A stretch of 64,000 bases of DNA from Patescibacteria group bacterium (GTDB lineage Bacteria > Patescibacteriota > WWE3 > UBA101185 > UBA10185): NCBI GenBank assembly GCA_018825365.1, contig JAHJEV010000003.1, positions 238,619 through 302,618 of the forward strand, in the 5' to 3' direction. Of the stretch, positions 1-8,356 are shown piece by piece (position 1 is the stretch's first letter; every line of letters begins with the position of its first letter). A program made the translations under genes and the position numbers. The notes under the pieces were generated by a model that did not search any database, had not been told where the DNA came from, and saw only the letters and a program-made list of their open reading frames with translations.

Positions 1-123
1 GTCCAAAACCTGTATTTGAAAAAGTCTTAAAACGATAAGTAGGAAGAAAATAGTCAAACCCAAAACAATTGTATCGGTTCGCCAGTCCGCAAATAAATTC
101 TTTTTTGTTCTTTTTGGATACAT
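1..123 (-). CDS. ftsI: Penicillin-binding protein (FtsI/PBP2-type), 5' end only, runs off the window
   Basis: Not in the ORF track. Manual translation from ATG at 123 gives MYPKRTKKNLFADWRTDTIVLGLTIFFLLIVLRLFQIQVLD, a TM anchor followed by the RLFQIQV motif typical of class B PBPs. It lies downstream of mraZ-rsmH-ftsL. Confidence 0.75.
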   Translation of the reverse strand, partial: MYPKRTKKNLFADWRTDTIVLGLTIFFLLIVLRLFQIQVLD

Positions 124-139
124 AAAATAATTCTACTTT

Positions 140-164
140 AAAAAATACTCCCTGTAGCGGGAGT
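140..164 (-). terminator. Putative intrinsic terminator between ftsL-like gene and ftsI
   Basis: Minus strand ACTCCC-GCTACA-GGGAGT (6-bp stem) followed by ATTTTTT. Confidence 0.5.
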
Positions 165-193
165 TAAGCAGTACCAAATTGCTACAACAAAAT

Positions 194-514
194 TTACTGG
201 TTTAAAACAGCAACTTGAACGGGAGCACTCGGATCAATTGCTAAAACTCTCTCTGTCATTTCAACAAATCCTATCTGCTTTGCCTGTTTTTCAATGCTAC
301 TTATAGCAGAAAGGGTGGAATCAATATAGGATAGCTTGGATATTTCTTCCTCAAGTCTTTTTCTCTGCAAAAAAGCCTGTTCCAAATCACTATTTCTAAC
401 AGCCAAACTGCCGCACAGATAAATTTTTGCTCCTAAACTTAAGACAAAAAGCACAATCGAAGAAATAAAACTAAGTCTAATTATTTTTTTTGCTTTCAGT
501 GACTTTGACTTCAT
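194..514 (-). CDS. ftsL: FtsL-like cell division protein
   Basis: Basic N-terminus, single TM helix, coiled coil and 'IEKQAKQIGF' motif. Sits between rsmH and ftsI with an ATGA overlap to rsmH. Confidence 0.7.
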   Translation of the reverse strand: MKSKSLKAKKIIRLSFISSIVLFVLSLGAKIYLCGSLAVRNSDLEQAFLQRKRLEEEISKLSYIDSTLSAISSIEKQAKQIGFVEMTERVLAIDPSAPVQVAVLNQ

Positions 515-1389
515 ATTTTTTTAAAGACTCTCATCTTAGCGCTCCTGCTTCTTGGATTCCTGCTTATTTCGGCATCCAGAGGAACAACAGGTCCATCGAA
601 AGCCTCTTTTACACTAGGCCGCGCGCTACGGCCAAAATTCTTAGCCACTTTATCTTCCAAAGAATGGAAGGTGATCAAAATGATCACACTACCAGGCAGC
701 AACAGGCGCGCGGCCCGAGGCAGTGATTTTTCCAGGTTCGCTATTTCATCGTTTACCACAATTCGAAGCGCCTGGAAGGTTCGTGTAGCAGGGTTGATTC
801 TGCCACGTTCGTAACCTAGAGGAGAAACAGACTCTATAATTTCAGCAAGCTGTGCTGTTGTCTGAATCTTCTTCAGGTTGCGAGCTTTTACTATCTCCCT
901 TGCAAATCTACCTGCCAACTTTTCGTCGGAGTACTTCCTTATTAAATGTGCAAGTTCCTTTTCACCTAACGAATTGACCAAATCAGCTGCAGTAACTCCT
1001 AAGGTTTTATCAAGTCTCATATCAAGCGGATCATCTTTTTGAAAACTAAGACCCGTCCCAAGCTCCTCAAGTTCGTACGAGCTGTATCCAAGGTCATAAA
1101 TAATGCCGCTTACCTTTTCAAAACTGTTATTTTTGGCAATCTCTTCGATATTTTTAAAGTTCCCTAAAACCCCTATAAAATTTTCCCCAAGTCCCTCGTT
1201 TTTTATTCTTCCCTGAGCTCTTTTCAAAGCATCTTCGTTTACTTCGATTCCTAAAACTTTTCCTCCAAGTTTCAAAATTTCCAATGTGTGCCCACCATCG
1301 CCAAGAGTAGCATCGATATACAGCTTCCCTTTTTCCACCTTTAAACTTTTTATTGATTCTTTTAAAAGGACCGGTTCGTGATAAGTCAT
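511..1389 (-). CDS. rsmH: 16S rRNA m4C1402 methyltransferase RsmH
   Basis: HEPVLL, DATLGDGGH, PLDMR, ATRTFQALRI, ITFHSLED and NPRSRSAKMR motifs. Confidence 0.98.
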   Translation of the reverse strand: MTYHEPVLLKESIKSLKVEKGKLYIDATLGDGGHTLEILKLGGKVLGIEVNEDALKRAQGRIKNEGLGENFIGVLGNFKNIEEIAKNNSFEKVSGIIYDLGYSSYELEELGTGLSFQKDDPLDMRLDKTLGVTAADLVNSLGEKELAHLIRKYSDEKLAGRFAREIVKARNLKKIQTTAQLAEIIESVSPLGYERGRINPATRTFQALRIVVNDEIANLEKSLPRAARLLLPGSVIILITFHSLEDKVAKNFGRSARPSVKEAFDGPVVPLDAEISRNPRSRSAKMRVFKKI

Positions 1390-1396
1390 TTGTCTT

Positions 1397-1807
1397 TTAG
1401 GCAGATAATTCCTGTGAAATTTTGCCTATTCTTGCGTTCCAGTTATCTAAATCCCATATTTCTACGTGATCTCCAGCCCCCACAACGGCTGTTCTTTTGT
1501 TAATTTCGGCGTAACTTAACAAACTAGCCGGAAGGACAACTCGACCCTGTGAATCAATTGTGGACTCTGAAGCACCCGCGTACATGTATCTTTTCAAATC
1601 TCTTGTTTTTGCGTCGCTTATTGGATTTTCAACCTGCTTTTGAGCCTCCGTAACCCAGTCCTCTTTATCGTAAACAAATATGCATTTCTCAAAACCTTTA
1701 GAGAGGATTAAATCATCCCCCCGTACTTGCTCCCGAAGTTTCTTGGGCAGAGCTATTCTTGATCCTTCGGTAATATTCGGTTGGTATTCCCCAAGAAACA
1801 TTCTCAT
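1397..1807 (-). CDS. mraZ: Transcriptional regulator MraZ
   Basis: MFLGEY start, DSQGRV and GAGDHVEIWD motifs; upstream of rsmH. True start may be the ATG at 1801. Confidence 0.96.
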   Translation of the reverse strand: MRMFLGEYQPNITEGSRIALPKKLREQVRGDDLILSKGFEKCIFVYDKEDWVTEAQKQVENPISDAKTRDLKRYMYAGASESTIDSQGRVVLPASLLSYAEINKRTAVVGAGDHVEIWDLDNWNARIGKISQELSA

Positions 1808-1814
1808 ATCAATT

Positions 1815-1850
1815 CACCACTTGTCACCAGACTATATCCAATATCCACCA
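1815..1850 (-). promoter_or_regulatory. Probable MraZ autoregulatory repeats
   Basis: Minus strand tGTGGgatatTGGatatagtcTGGtgacaaGTGGtg: (G)TGG units at 8-11 bp spacing just upstream of mraZ, resembling known MraZ binding repeats. Confidence 0.55.
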
Positions 1851-1956
1851 TACCAAATCCATTGTCAATACAAATAAAACCCGAATATATCATAGGTACA
1901 GTGCTTCGCAGGCGTTAAAATTTGATTTCTAAATAAAAATTACGTACACTATCCAT

Positions 1957-2307
1957 TTGCGACAACAAAAAATGAAAGGAGAGACATGTACAATGTGTCA
2001 AATAACTAGGAAAGGTTCCATAGCATGGGAGAAGGGTCATAGAGAAAGGGTGATACGGCTAGAGGACGACGCAGACCGAATAACCGGAAAGGAGGTTAGT
2101 GAGTATCTTGGTTTCCCCTTTCAAAGAAATGAAATAAAATTATCGAAGTTGCCTAAAAGGATAGACCCTAAATACATACTACAACTTATAAAGGCAAGGG
2201 CAGACCAGATAAGAACTTATCGGAAAAGGGAGAAGACGGAACCAACATTCATAGAATTCATGACGAAGAGAAACAAAAAGACACTTCGAAAGATGAAAAT
2301 ATTATGA
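1957..2307 (+). CDS. Hypothetical basic protein
   Basis: 116-aa ORF filling the gap between mraZ and glyQS. An AAAGGAG SD-like sequence lies near 1975-1981, so the start is probably ATG 1972 or 1993. No family recognised. Confidence 0.55.
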   Translation: MRQQKMKGETCTMCQITRKGSIAWEKGHRERVIRLEDDADRITGKEVSEYLGFPFQRNEIKLSKLPKRIDPKYILQLIKARADQIRTYRKREKTEPTFIEFMTKRNKKTLRKMKIL

Positions 2308-2316
2308 CCGAAACTG

Positions 2317-2350
2317 GGGAGTTAACGAAACACATTACCGTAAGCTCCCC
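2317..2350. terminator. Imperfect hairpin between convergent genes
   Basis: GGGGAGTTAACG...CGTAAGCTCCCC between the stops of the hypothetical gene and glyQS. Confidence 0.4.
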
Positions 2351-2357
2351 ACCTCTT

Positions 2358-3734
2358 TTAAAGTCTGGGGATTAAATCAGAAATCTTTACTCTTTCCTGT
2401 TTCATAGTATCCCTATCTCTTATAGTTACTGTGTCATCTTCCAATGTTTGATAGTCTATAGTCACACATGAAGGAGTCCCGATCTCATCCTGTGCAAAGT
2501 ATCTCTTACCAATATTCCCTCTGTCATCCCAATCAACAGACATCCCAGTCTTTTGAATCATTTCAAAAACCTCTTTGGCCTTGTTTACCAATTCTTCTTT
2601 GTTTTTTACAAGCGGAAATACCGCAACTCTAAAAGGAGATACCATTTTATTTAACTTAAGTACTATCCTATCTTTTTCTTCCGTATAGCCATTTGTAAGA
2701 AGCGCCAAAAATATTCTTGCTGCACCAAATGTTGGTTCCATTGTGTGCGGTATAAACTTCTCCCTGGTCTCGGGGTCAGTATATTGCAAATCCGCTCCTG
2801 ATTTTTCTATGTGATTTCTCAAGTCAAAGTCGGTTCTATAAGCCAAACCAAACATTTCTTTATAACCAACGGTAAATTCAAAATCCAAATCTTCAGTTTT
2901 TACCGAATAGTGAGATCTTTCTTCAGCAGAGTGCTCCCTCCATCGAAGTTTCTTAGAAGATATCCCAAGTGACTCTACCCAATCTTTCATTTCCTTCTTC
3001 CAATATTCAAAAACATCTTCCCATTTCTGTTTTTGAGAATTAAAAAAGTATTCAAATTCCATAAGATCAAACTCCAGTGTTCTGAAAACAAAGTTTCCCT
3101 TAGTTATCTCATTTCTAAAAACTTTCCCCTGCTGAGCAATCCCAAAGGGAAGTTTCGGTCTCATTGTATCTAAAACATTTTTAAAGTTTACAAACATACC
3201 CTGAGCAAGCTCTCCCCTTAAGTAAGTAAGAGATTGATTTTCAGGAACAATTCCAATATTTGTCTCAAAAAGATTATTAAATTTTCTTGGTTTGGTCCAC
3301 TTAAACTCCCCACATTCGGGACATACAATTTTGTGATCATTTATAATCTGCTCAAGTTCCTCAACCGGCTTTCCTTCAACACTGGCGGGTTTTCCAACCT
3401 TCTCAAGATGGGCTTCAATCATTTTTTCCGCACCAGTTCTATTTTTACAATCCTTACAGTCAATTAACACTTCATTGAAACTGGCGGTGTGCCCTGAGGA
3501 GATCCAAACACTTGGGGACATTAAAACCGCGCTGTCCAATCCATACATATCTTTTCTTTTCGTAACGAAATTCTCCCACCAAAGATTTTGGATATTTCTC
3601 ATCATTAAAACACCAAGCGGCCCATAATCGTAAGTATTTGCGAGTCCTCCATAAATCTCTGAACCTGGGAACACAAATCCCCTTCTTTTACATAAGGAGA
3701 CTATTTTTTGTTGTAAATTATCACCTTCCTTCAT
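2358..3734 (-). CDS. glyQS: Glycine--tRNA ligase, homodimeric class II type
   Basis: RRGFVFPGSEIYGG, YDYGPLG, LRGELAQGMF, GKVFRNEI, RSHYS, EPTFG and IGKRYFAQDEIGTP motifs. Confidence 0.97.
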   Translation of the reverse strand: MKEGDNLQQKIVSLCKRRGFVFPGSEIYGGLANTYDYGPLGVLMMRNIQNLWWENFVTKRKDMYGLDSAVLMSPSVWISSGHTASFNEVLIDCKDCKNRTGAEKMIEAHLEKVGKPASVEGKPVEELEQIINDHKIVCPECGEFKWTKPRKFNNLFETNIGIVPENQSLTYLRGELAQGMFVNFKNVLDTMRPKLPFGIAQQGKVFRNEITKGNFVFRTLEFDLMEFEYFFNSQKQKWEDVFEYWKKEMKDWVESLGISSKKLRWREHSAEERSHYSVKTEDLDFEFTVGYKEMFGLAYRTDFDLRNHIEKSGADLQYTDPETREKFIPHTMEPTFGAARIFLALLTNGYTEEKDRIVLKLNKMVSPFRVAVFPLVKNKEELVNKAKEVFEMIQKTGMSVDWDDRGNIGKRYFAQDEIGTPSCVTIDYQTLEDDTVTIRDRDTMKQERVKISDLIPRL

Positions 3735-3752
3735 CTTAAAAAGTATATCAAA

Positions 3753-4475
3753 TTAACCTTTATCTATCTCTAGGCTTTTAAACCTACTTTCCAGTTTTCT
3801 TCCAATATATATTTTCATTATTTTATCTATTTCCGATGCGACGTTCTTTAAATCCGGTGTAGTTTTTAATTTATAAAGATAAAACATCCCTAAAGCTGCT
3901 TCTTTTGAGATACCCACTCCATATTTCGAGCATTTCTCACATTCAAAAGACCCGTTTTCTACATTAAATAAGTATTTTAACCACAATTTAGTAAGAGCCC
4001 TTCCGCAAACTCTGCATTTATCCAAAGTCATTTTGTAACCCAGTAGATTCATAAGATGCATTTCAAAATAATTCACGACAAAATCCGGATCGGAAGTTTT
4101 TTGTATCATTTCCAAACTTTTCTGCAAAAGATCAAACAAGTCTTCGTTTTGTTCCCCCTCCTCGATAGATTTATGAATAAGTTCAATCAAATAATAAGCT
4201 GTCAAAGACTTTTTTAGGTCTCTTTTCAAATCTTTGTAGGATTCGATGGTTTTTACTTCTTCTATATCATTAAACGCATTTAGGTTTTCTCTAATAGAAA
4301 TAGAAACAAGATTTAGCGTGTCCAAATTTCCGGCTCTTCGTGAACTTATTTTTCTAACTCCTCTTGCAACGGCGGATATTTTACCCAAATCCTTAGAAAA
4401 CAAGGTAAAAACTTTGTCTGAATCTTTGTATTTAATGTTTTTTAAAACAAAAGCTTGTGTGTTGTATCTTTTCAT
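3753..4475 (-). CDS. recO: DNA repair protein RecO
   Basis: N-terminal OB fold (YKDSDKVFTLFSKDLGKISAVARGVRKISSRRAG) and CxxC...CxxC zinc motif. Start moved to ATG 4475. Confidence 0.93.
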   Translation of the reverse strand: MKRYNTQAFVLKNIKYKDSDKVFTLFSKDLGKISAVARGVRKISSRRAGNLDTLNLVSISIRENLNAFNDIEEVKTIESYKDLKRDLKKSLTAYYLIELIHKSIEEGEQNEDLFDLLQKSLEMIQKTSDPDFVVNYFEMHLMNLLGYKMTLDKCRVCGRALTKLWLKYLFNVENGSFECEKCSKYGVGISKEAALGMFYLYKLKTTPDLKNVASEIDKIMKIYIGRKLESRFKSLEIDKG

Positions 4476-4480
4476 GGACA

Positions 4481-4511
4481 AAAAGCCCCGCATAAAAAAA
4501 GCGGGGCTTTT
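4481..4511. terminator. Bidirectional intrinsic terminator at the end of the glycan locus
   Basis: AAAAGCCCCGC-ATAAAAAAA-GCGGGGCTTTT, a perfect 11-bp inverted repeat with T/A tails. Confidence 0.85.
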
Positions 4512-4534
4512 AAAACTACTTAATAATAAATCCT

Positions 4535-6577
4535 TTACAACTGAACAGTTATTTTTTTATCGGTCGTCAGCTCGATGTTCTGCTTCTTTCCGTTAGTTAT
4601 TATTATGTAATTCTCTTTATCAATTCCCGCCTGTTTCTGAATAGTTAAGTTGTAAGTATTACCTAATACTGTGTTTTCCGGCAGGTAATACTTAAATGTC
4701 ATTTCTTTTACCTCTCCGGGTCCAAGTTCGACATATCCGCTAAACCATACTTTATCTCTTTCCTGATCAGAGAGGTTCAAACTTTCGTCTTCCGAGCCGG
4801 TTGTTGATATAAGTTCGGAGCCGGCGGGAGCATAAACCCTGACCCAATCTCTAAACCTTTTAACAAACGGTGCGTAGTCTCCGTCAGGTTGCGTGTAAGT
4901 ATACTTGATATTAACTGTGTTTACCCATTTCGCACCCTCTTTTGCAAGTGTGTGTGTAATCTCCTTATGCGTGAACCAATTCGTCTTATCGCCACCAAGA
5001 TTTGTCGAAACAACCATTAAGTAATCTCCGACTACTTTGTCCTGGATTCTCCCCCCAATACCGTAGCTATCCACCAGAGCTTGGGCTTCGGTATCAAACA
5101 AATACAACGAAACGTGCTTTCTTTTTGCGAGATCTACACCCTTCTCAATAAGTTTGGGCCAAATATCGCTGTCCGATTGGAAAACATTGAGAAGCATGGC
5201 CTGCATTAAATCCCCAAGAACTTTCTTTCGGTTTGTTTGTTCAGCAAGTGCTAATGACGCGATTTTTTCAAGCTCTAAAACCACATTATCTTTGGTGTAT
5301 GTAACACCATTTACAGTTACGGGGCCTGTGACTTCCAAAAGTTCCTGGATTACATAAGTATCAATCATAAATATCCCATCGACCTGTTTTATCTCGTAAG
5401 GATTTATGGTTCCTGCCAAGTTATAAAACCTCATAAAATCAGTCATGGACGTTGGAAGATCTGGAGAGTAGTTCATATCCCTTGCAAACCAGTGTTCGAC
5501 CTTCAAAAGTCTTGTATAGGGAGTCGGTGCACTTGGGAAAGTATAATAGTAATCAATAATCTGCAAAGTTAAATCTACACTGTACATATCCTTTGATGTG
5601 AAATCGGAATCCAAAAGACCATTTGTGATCTTAAAGGTAGCGTAATTGGTCATAAACCCTCCGGTGGGTCTTATTTCTTTATCGTTTTGCATTATTATCA
5701 TGTATCTTTTTGTAGGAGTCCCAACCGCTAAAACCTGAGGAATTATTTGTAATGCTTTTTTAATATCCGGGGCGTAAGTATCAGCCTGAGAAAGAGTATC
5801 TTTAATAAACGCAACATTTGATCTTAGTGCAAACTTTCCAATTTTTACCGGATATTTGTTTACGTTAATCGGGGCAAGCTCTTCACCAATTTTTGCAACC
5901 TTCAAAATTACACCATCCATTTGATCCGCAACCTGTGGCATAACTGAAATCCATCCCTGGAAAGCTTCCATCAAGCCCTCTGCTTTTACGATCTCTTGAT
6001 CAGGAGATACTTTAAGACCTGCCGCACTTGCGAAGGGCGTAATTATTGTTGATGTCTCTCTTAAAGCATCGATAGCGTAAAGACCAGCATTAATAAAGCG
6101 GTCCGAGTCCGCATAGAATTCCTTGGCTTTAAAAAGACCAAGATTTTTCGCCCACCCAAATCTCTTCTCTTTATCGGCTTTGAGTATATTTAAATCCTTT
6201 TCTGCTTTATCCAAAGCTTCCGCCAAAGCAACAAGATCCCTTCCCCTAAGGGACTCACTTATCTGGGAACCATCATTTTTCAAAACCTTTGCGGTACCAT
6301 AAAGCGCCATCGCGGGACGTATGGCTACAACGTAAAGAATAATTAAAATTACAACCAGAGGAAGTAAAATTGTTAAACCTAATTTTCTTAGTTTTTTCAT
6401 AGAGTTATTATTTCCTGCCGGGTGAAATTCTGTTAATAAATTGCCTTTATTACTCCCGGGTAAATTTTCATTAGTTTTTGGTTTTTGCAAAACTTCTGGC
6501 TTTGAAGCTTTGGCACTATCCTGCAATTTTGTATTGCCGTTTGTTTGAGCAGCACCCCAAAATTTTGTTCTTGCCAT
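4535..6577 (-). CDS. DUF4012 domain membrane-anchored protein
   Basis: Single TM, helical stalk and QNDKEIRPTGGF, RDMNYSPD, TNLGGDKTN, WVRVYAPAGS and QKQAG motifs. Start likely ATG 6577 (TAATG overlap with the upstream stop). Confidence 0.85.
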   Translation of the reverse strand: MARTKFWGAAQTNGNTKLQDSAKASKPEVLQKPKTNENLPGSNKGNLLTEFHPAGNNNSMKKLRKLGLTILLPLVVILIILYVVAIRPAMALYGTAKVLKNDGSQISESLRGRDLVALAEALDKAEKDLNILKADKEKRFGWAKNLGLFKAKEFYADSDRFINAGLYAIDALRETSTIITPFASAAGLKVSPDQEIVKAEGLMEAFQGWISVMPQVADQMDGVILKVAKIGEELAPINVNKYPVKIGKFALRSNVAFIKDTLSQADTYAPDIKKALQIIPQVLAVGTPTKRYMIIMQNDKEIRPTGGFMTNYATFKITNGLLDSDFTSKDMYSVDLTLQIIDYYYTFPSAPTPYTRLLKVEHWFARDMNYSPDLPTSMTDFMRFYNLAGTINPYEIKQVDGIFMIDTYVIQELLEVTGPVTVNGVTYTKDNVVLELEKIASLALAEQTNRKKVLGDLMQAMLLNVFQSDSDIWPKLIEKGVDLAKRKHVSLYLFDTEAQALVDSYGIGGRIQDKVVGDYLMVVSTNLGGDKTNWFTHKEITHTLAKEGAKWVNTVNIKYTYTQPDGDYAPFVKRFRDWVRVYAPAGSELISTTGSEDESLNLSDQERDKVWFSGYVELGPGEVKEMTFKYYLPENTVLGNTYNLTIQKQAGIDKENYIIITNGKKQNIELTTDKKITVQL

Positions 6578-7218
6578 TAAAATGCTCCTTTTCTTGTCAA
6601 AACTACGTATGGTGTTTTTAGCACTAACCATAAATCATACAAGAAAGAATACTTTTCTGCATATTCTGCATCCAGCTTTACCCTATCAACAAACCCTATC
6701 TCCGATCTTCCACTTACCTGCCAAAGACCGGTGAGGCCCGGTTTAACACTTAACACTTTATCTAAATACTTACTTGCTTCCGGAAATCTTTTTGTCTGTT
6801 CATCAAGTTCGAAAAAATAGTAGGCCCTTGGACCTACCAAACTCATTTCCCCTTTTAGTATGTTTATAAACTGAGGAAGTTCATCGAAACTGGATTTTCT
6901 GATAAACACACCCCCCTTAATAATTCTCGGGTCCTCCTCTGAGTCTAGTTTGTAATTATTCCTAACATACTTCTCATATAACTGAACATCTTTAACCAAG
7001 ATGTCGTGGGAATTAGGATACATGGATCTAAACTTATAAAAATGAAAGGATTTCTTTCCTTTCCCAACTCTTTCAGGAATATCAGCAAATATCGGACCTT
7101 CCGGAGATACCAGTTTTATCCACAAAGATATAACGATCATTATAGGAAAAAACAAAACCAAACCAACCAGCGCGCCAACAATGTCTATTATTCTTTTAAT
7201 ACAATTTCTGTACAACAT
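6577..7218 (-). CDS. Priming (undecaprenyl-phosphate) sugar transferase, Bac_transf family
   Basis: KRIIDIVG, FYKFRSM, DPRI, DELPQFINILKGEMSLVGPR and KPGLTGLWQVSGRS motifs. Confidence 0.95.
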   Translation of the reverse strand: MLYRNCIKRIIDIVGALVGLVLFFPIMIVISLWIKLVSPEGPIFADIPERVGKGKKSFHFYKFRSMYPNSHDILVKDVQLYEKYVRNNYKLDSEEDPRIIKGGVFIRKSSFDELPQFINILKGEMSLVGPRAYYFFELDEQTKRFPEASKYLDKVLSVKPGLTGLWQVSGRSEIGFVDRVKLDAEYAEKYSFLYDLWLVLKTPYVVLTRKGAF

Positions 7219-7232
7219 TCCGATTTATAATA

Positions 7233-8336
7233 TTATACCTTAACCAACCTTTTGATTTCTTTCTGAAAAAAAGACTGACTAAAACTTTTGGCTCTTTCCT
7301 TGCAATCCGCGGGAGAATACTTTTTTGTATCGAATGAACTTAACACATTTGCTAAACAATCAGAAGTCTGTTGATCAAAAAACTCACCTGTCATACCCTC
7401 GAAAATACTTTCCAAAACACCTCCGGCTTTGTAAGCAATTACGGGTTTTCCACAAGCCATAACTTCCAAAGGAACTATACCGAAATCTTCTTTTTGAGTG
7501 ACAATCAATGCTTTGCAGTTTCTCATAACATCTGCCTTATCTTTATCATTTAAATACCCCAAAACCTCAATTGTCGGACTGGCGAGAGACTTAAGCCTTT
7601 CAAAATCCGGGCCCTCCCCATAAACTCTTAGTGGTAATTCCAGGGCATTACAGGCCTCAACAGCAACATCTACCCTCTTCCAAGGAGCAAGTCTCGTAAC
7701 AACCAAGAAATAATCTTTGCCTTTAGGCGAAACGTTTTCAAAATCTTTGTAGTTAATAAAAGGATGAATAACCTCGCTATCCCTTCTGTAATATTTCTCA
7801 ATTTTCCTTTTTGTCGCTAGCGAGTTTGCTATAAATACGTCGACATTCTGGGCAGCATTAAAATCAACAATTCGTAAATAGCAAAGAGCCATTTTTAAAA
7901 AGGACTTTGAAAGAAATCTAAAAGGTTTCAAAAAACCAAACTTCTCGTTTTCAAAATAAGAATCAGACTCCCAGAACATTCTTCCCGGAGAATGCATATA
8001 ACAAATATGCTTTGTTGTGGGTTTTGTAATTATATGGTGAGCAAACCTTGACGAAGATGAGATGACAACATCAAACTCCGAAAAATCAAAACTTTCAAAC
8101 GCCAGTGTATGAAGAAAAAATGCTGAGTAGTAACGGTTTAATTTAACGGCAAACGGAAATTTCTGAAGAAACGATATTTTCACGATTCTTCCCTTTTGGG
8201 AAAACCTTTCCAGCCATTTCTCTGATGCAACACTTGTATAAAGTGGGGCATCTGGGTACATATCGGATAGTTCTTCTACGATTTTCTCGGCGCCTCCAAA
8301 TTGAATAAGGTCATCGCAAACAATAGCTAATTTCAT
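7233..8336 (-). CDS. Glycosyltransferase family 4
   Basis: GGAEK N-terminal motif, RLAPWKR and EDFGIVPLEVMACGKPV. Confidence 0.93.
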   Translation of the reverse strand: MKLAIVCDDLIQFGGAEKIVEELSDMYPDAPLYTSVASEKWLERFSQKGRIVKISFLQKFPFAVKLNRYYSAFFLHTLAFESFDFSEFDVVISSSSRFAHHIITKPTTKHICYMHSPGRMFWESDSYFENEKFGFLKPFRFLSKSFLKMALCYLRIVDFNAAQNVDVFIANSLATKRKIEKYYRRDSEVIHPFINYKDFENVSPKGKDYFLVVTRLAPWKRVDVAVEACNALELPLRVYGEGPDFERLKSLASPTIEVLGYLNDKDKADVMRNCKALIVTQKEDFGIVPLEVMACGKPVIAYKAGGVLESIFEGMTGEFFDQQTSDCLANVLSSFDTKKYSPADCKERAKSFSQSFFQKEIKRLVKV

Positions 8337-8356
8337 AGTATTATAGCTATTATATA

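Noticed and set aside
1819-1830. 12-nt match ACTTGTCACCAG shared by the mraZ upstream region and the palindrome near 25635-25646
   Set aside because: A single 12-mer match in 64 kb is expected by chance, and each site has its own explanation.
2358-4475. recO next to glycyl-tRNA synthetase
   Set aside because: A well-known conserved neighbourhood in many bacteria, not novel.
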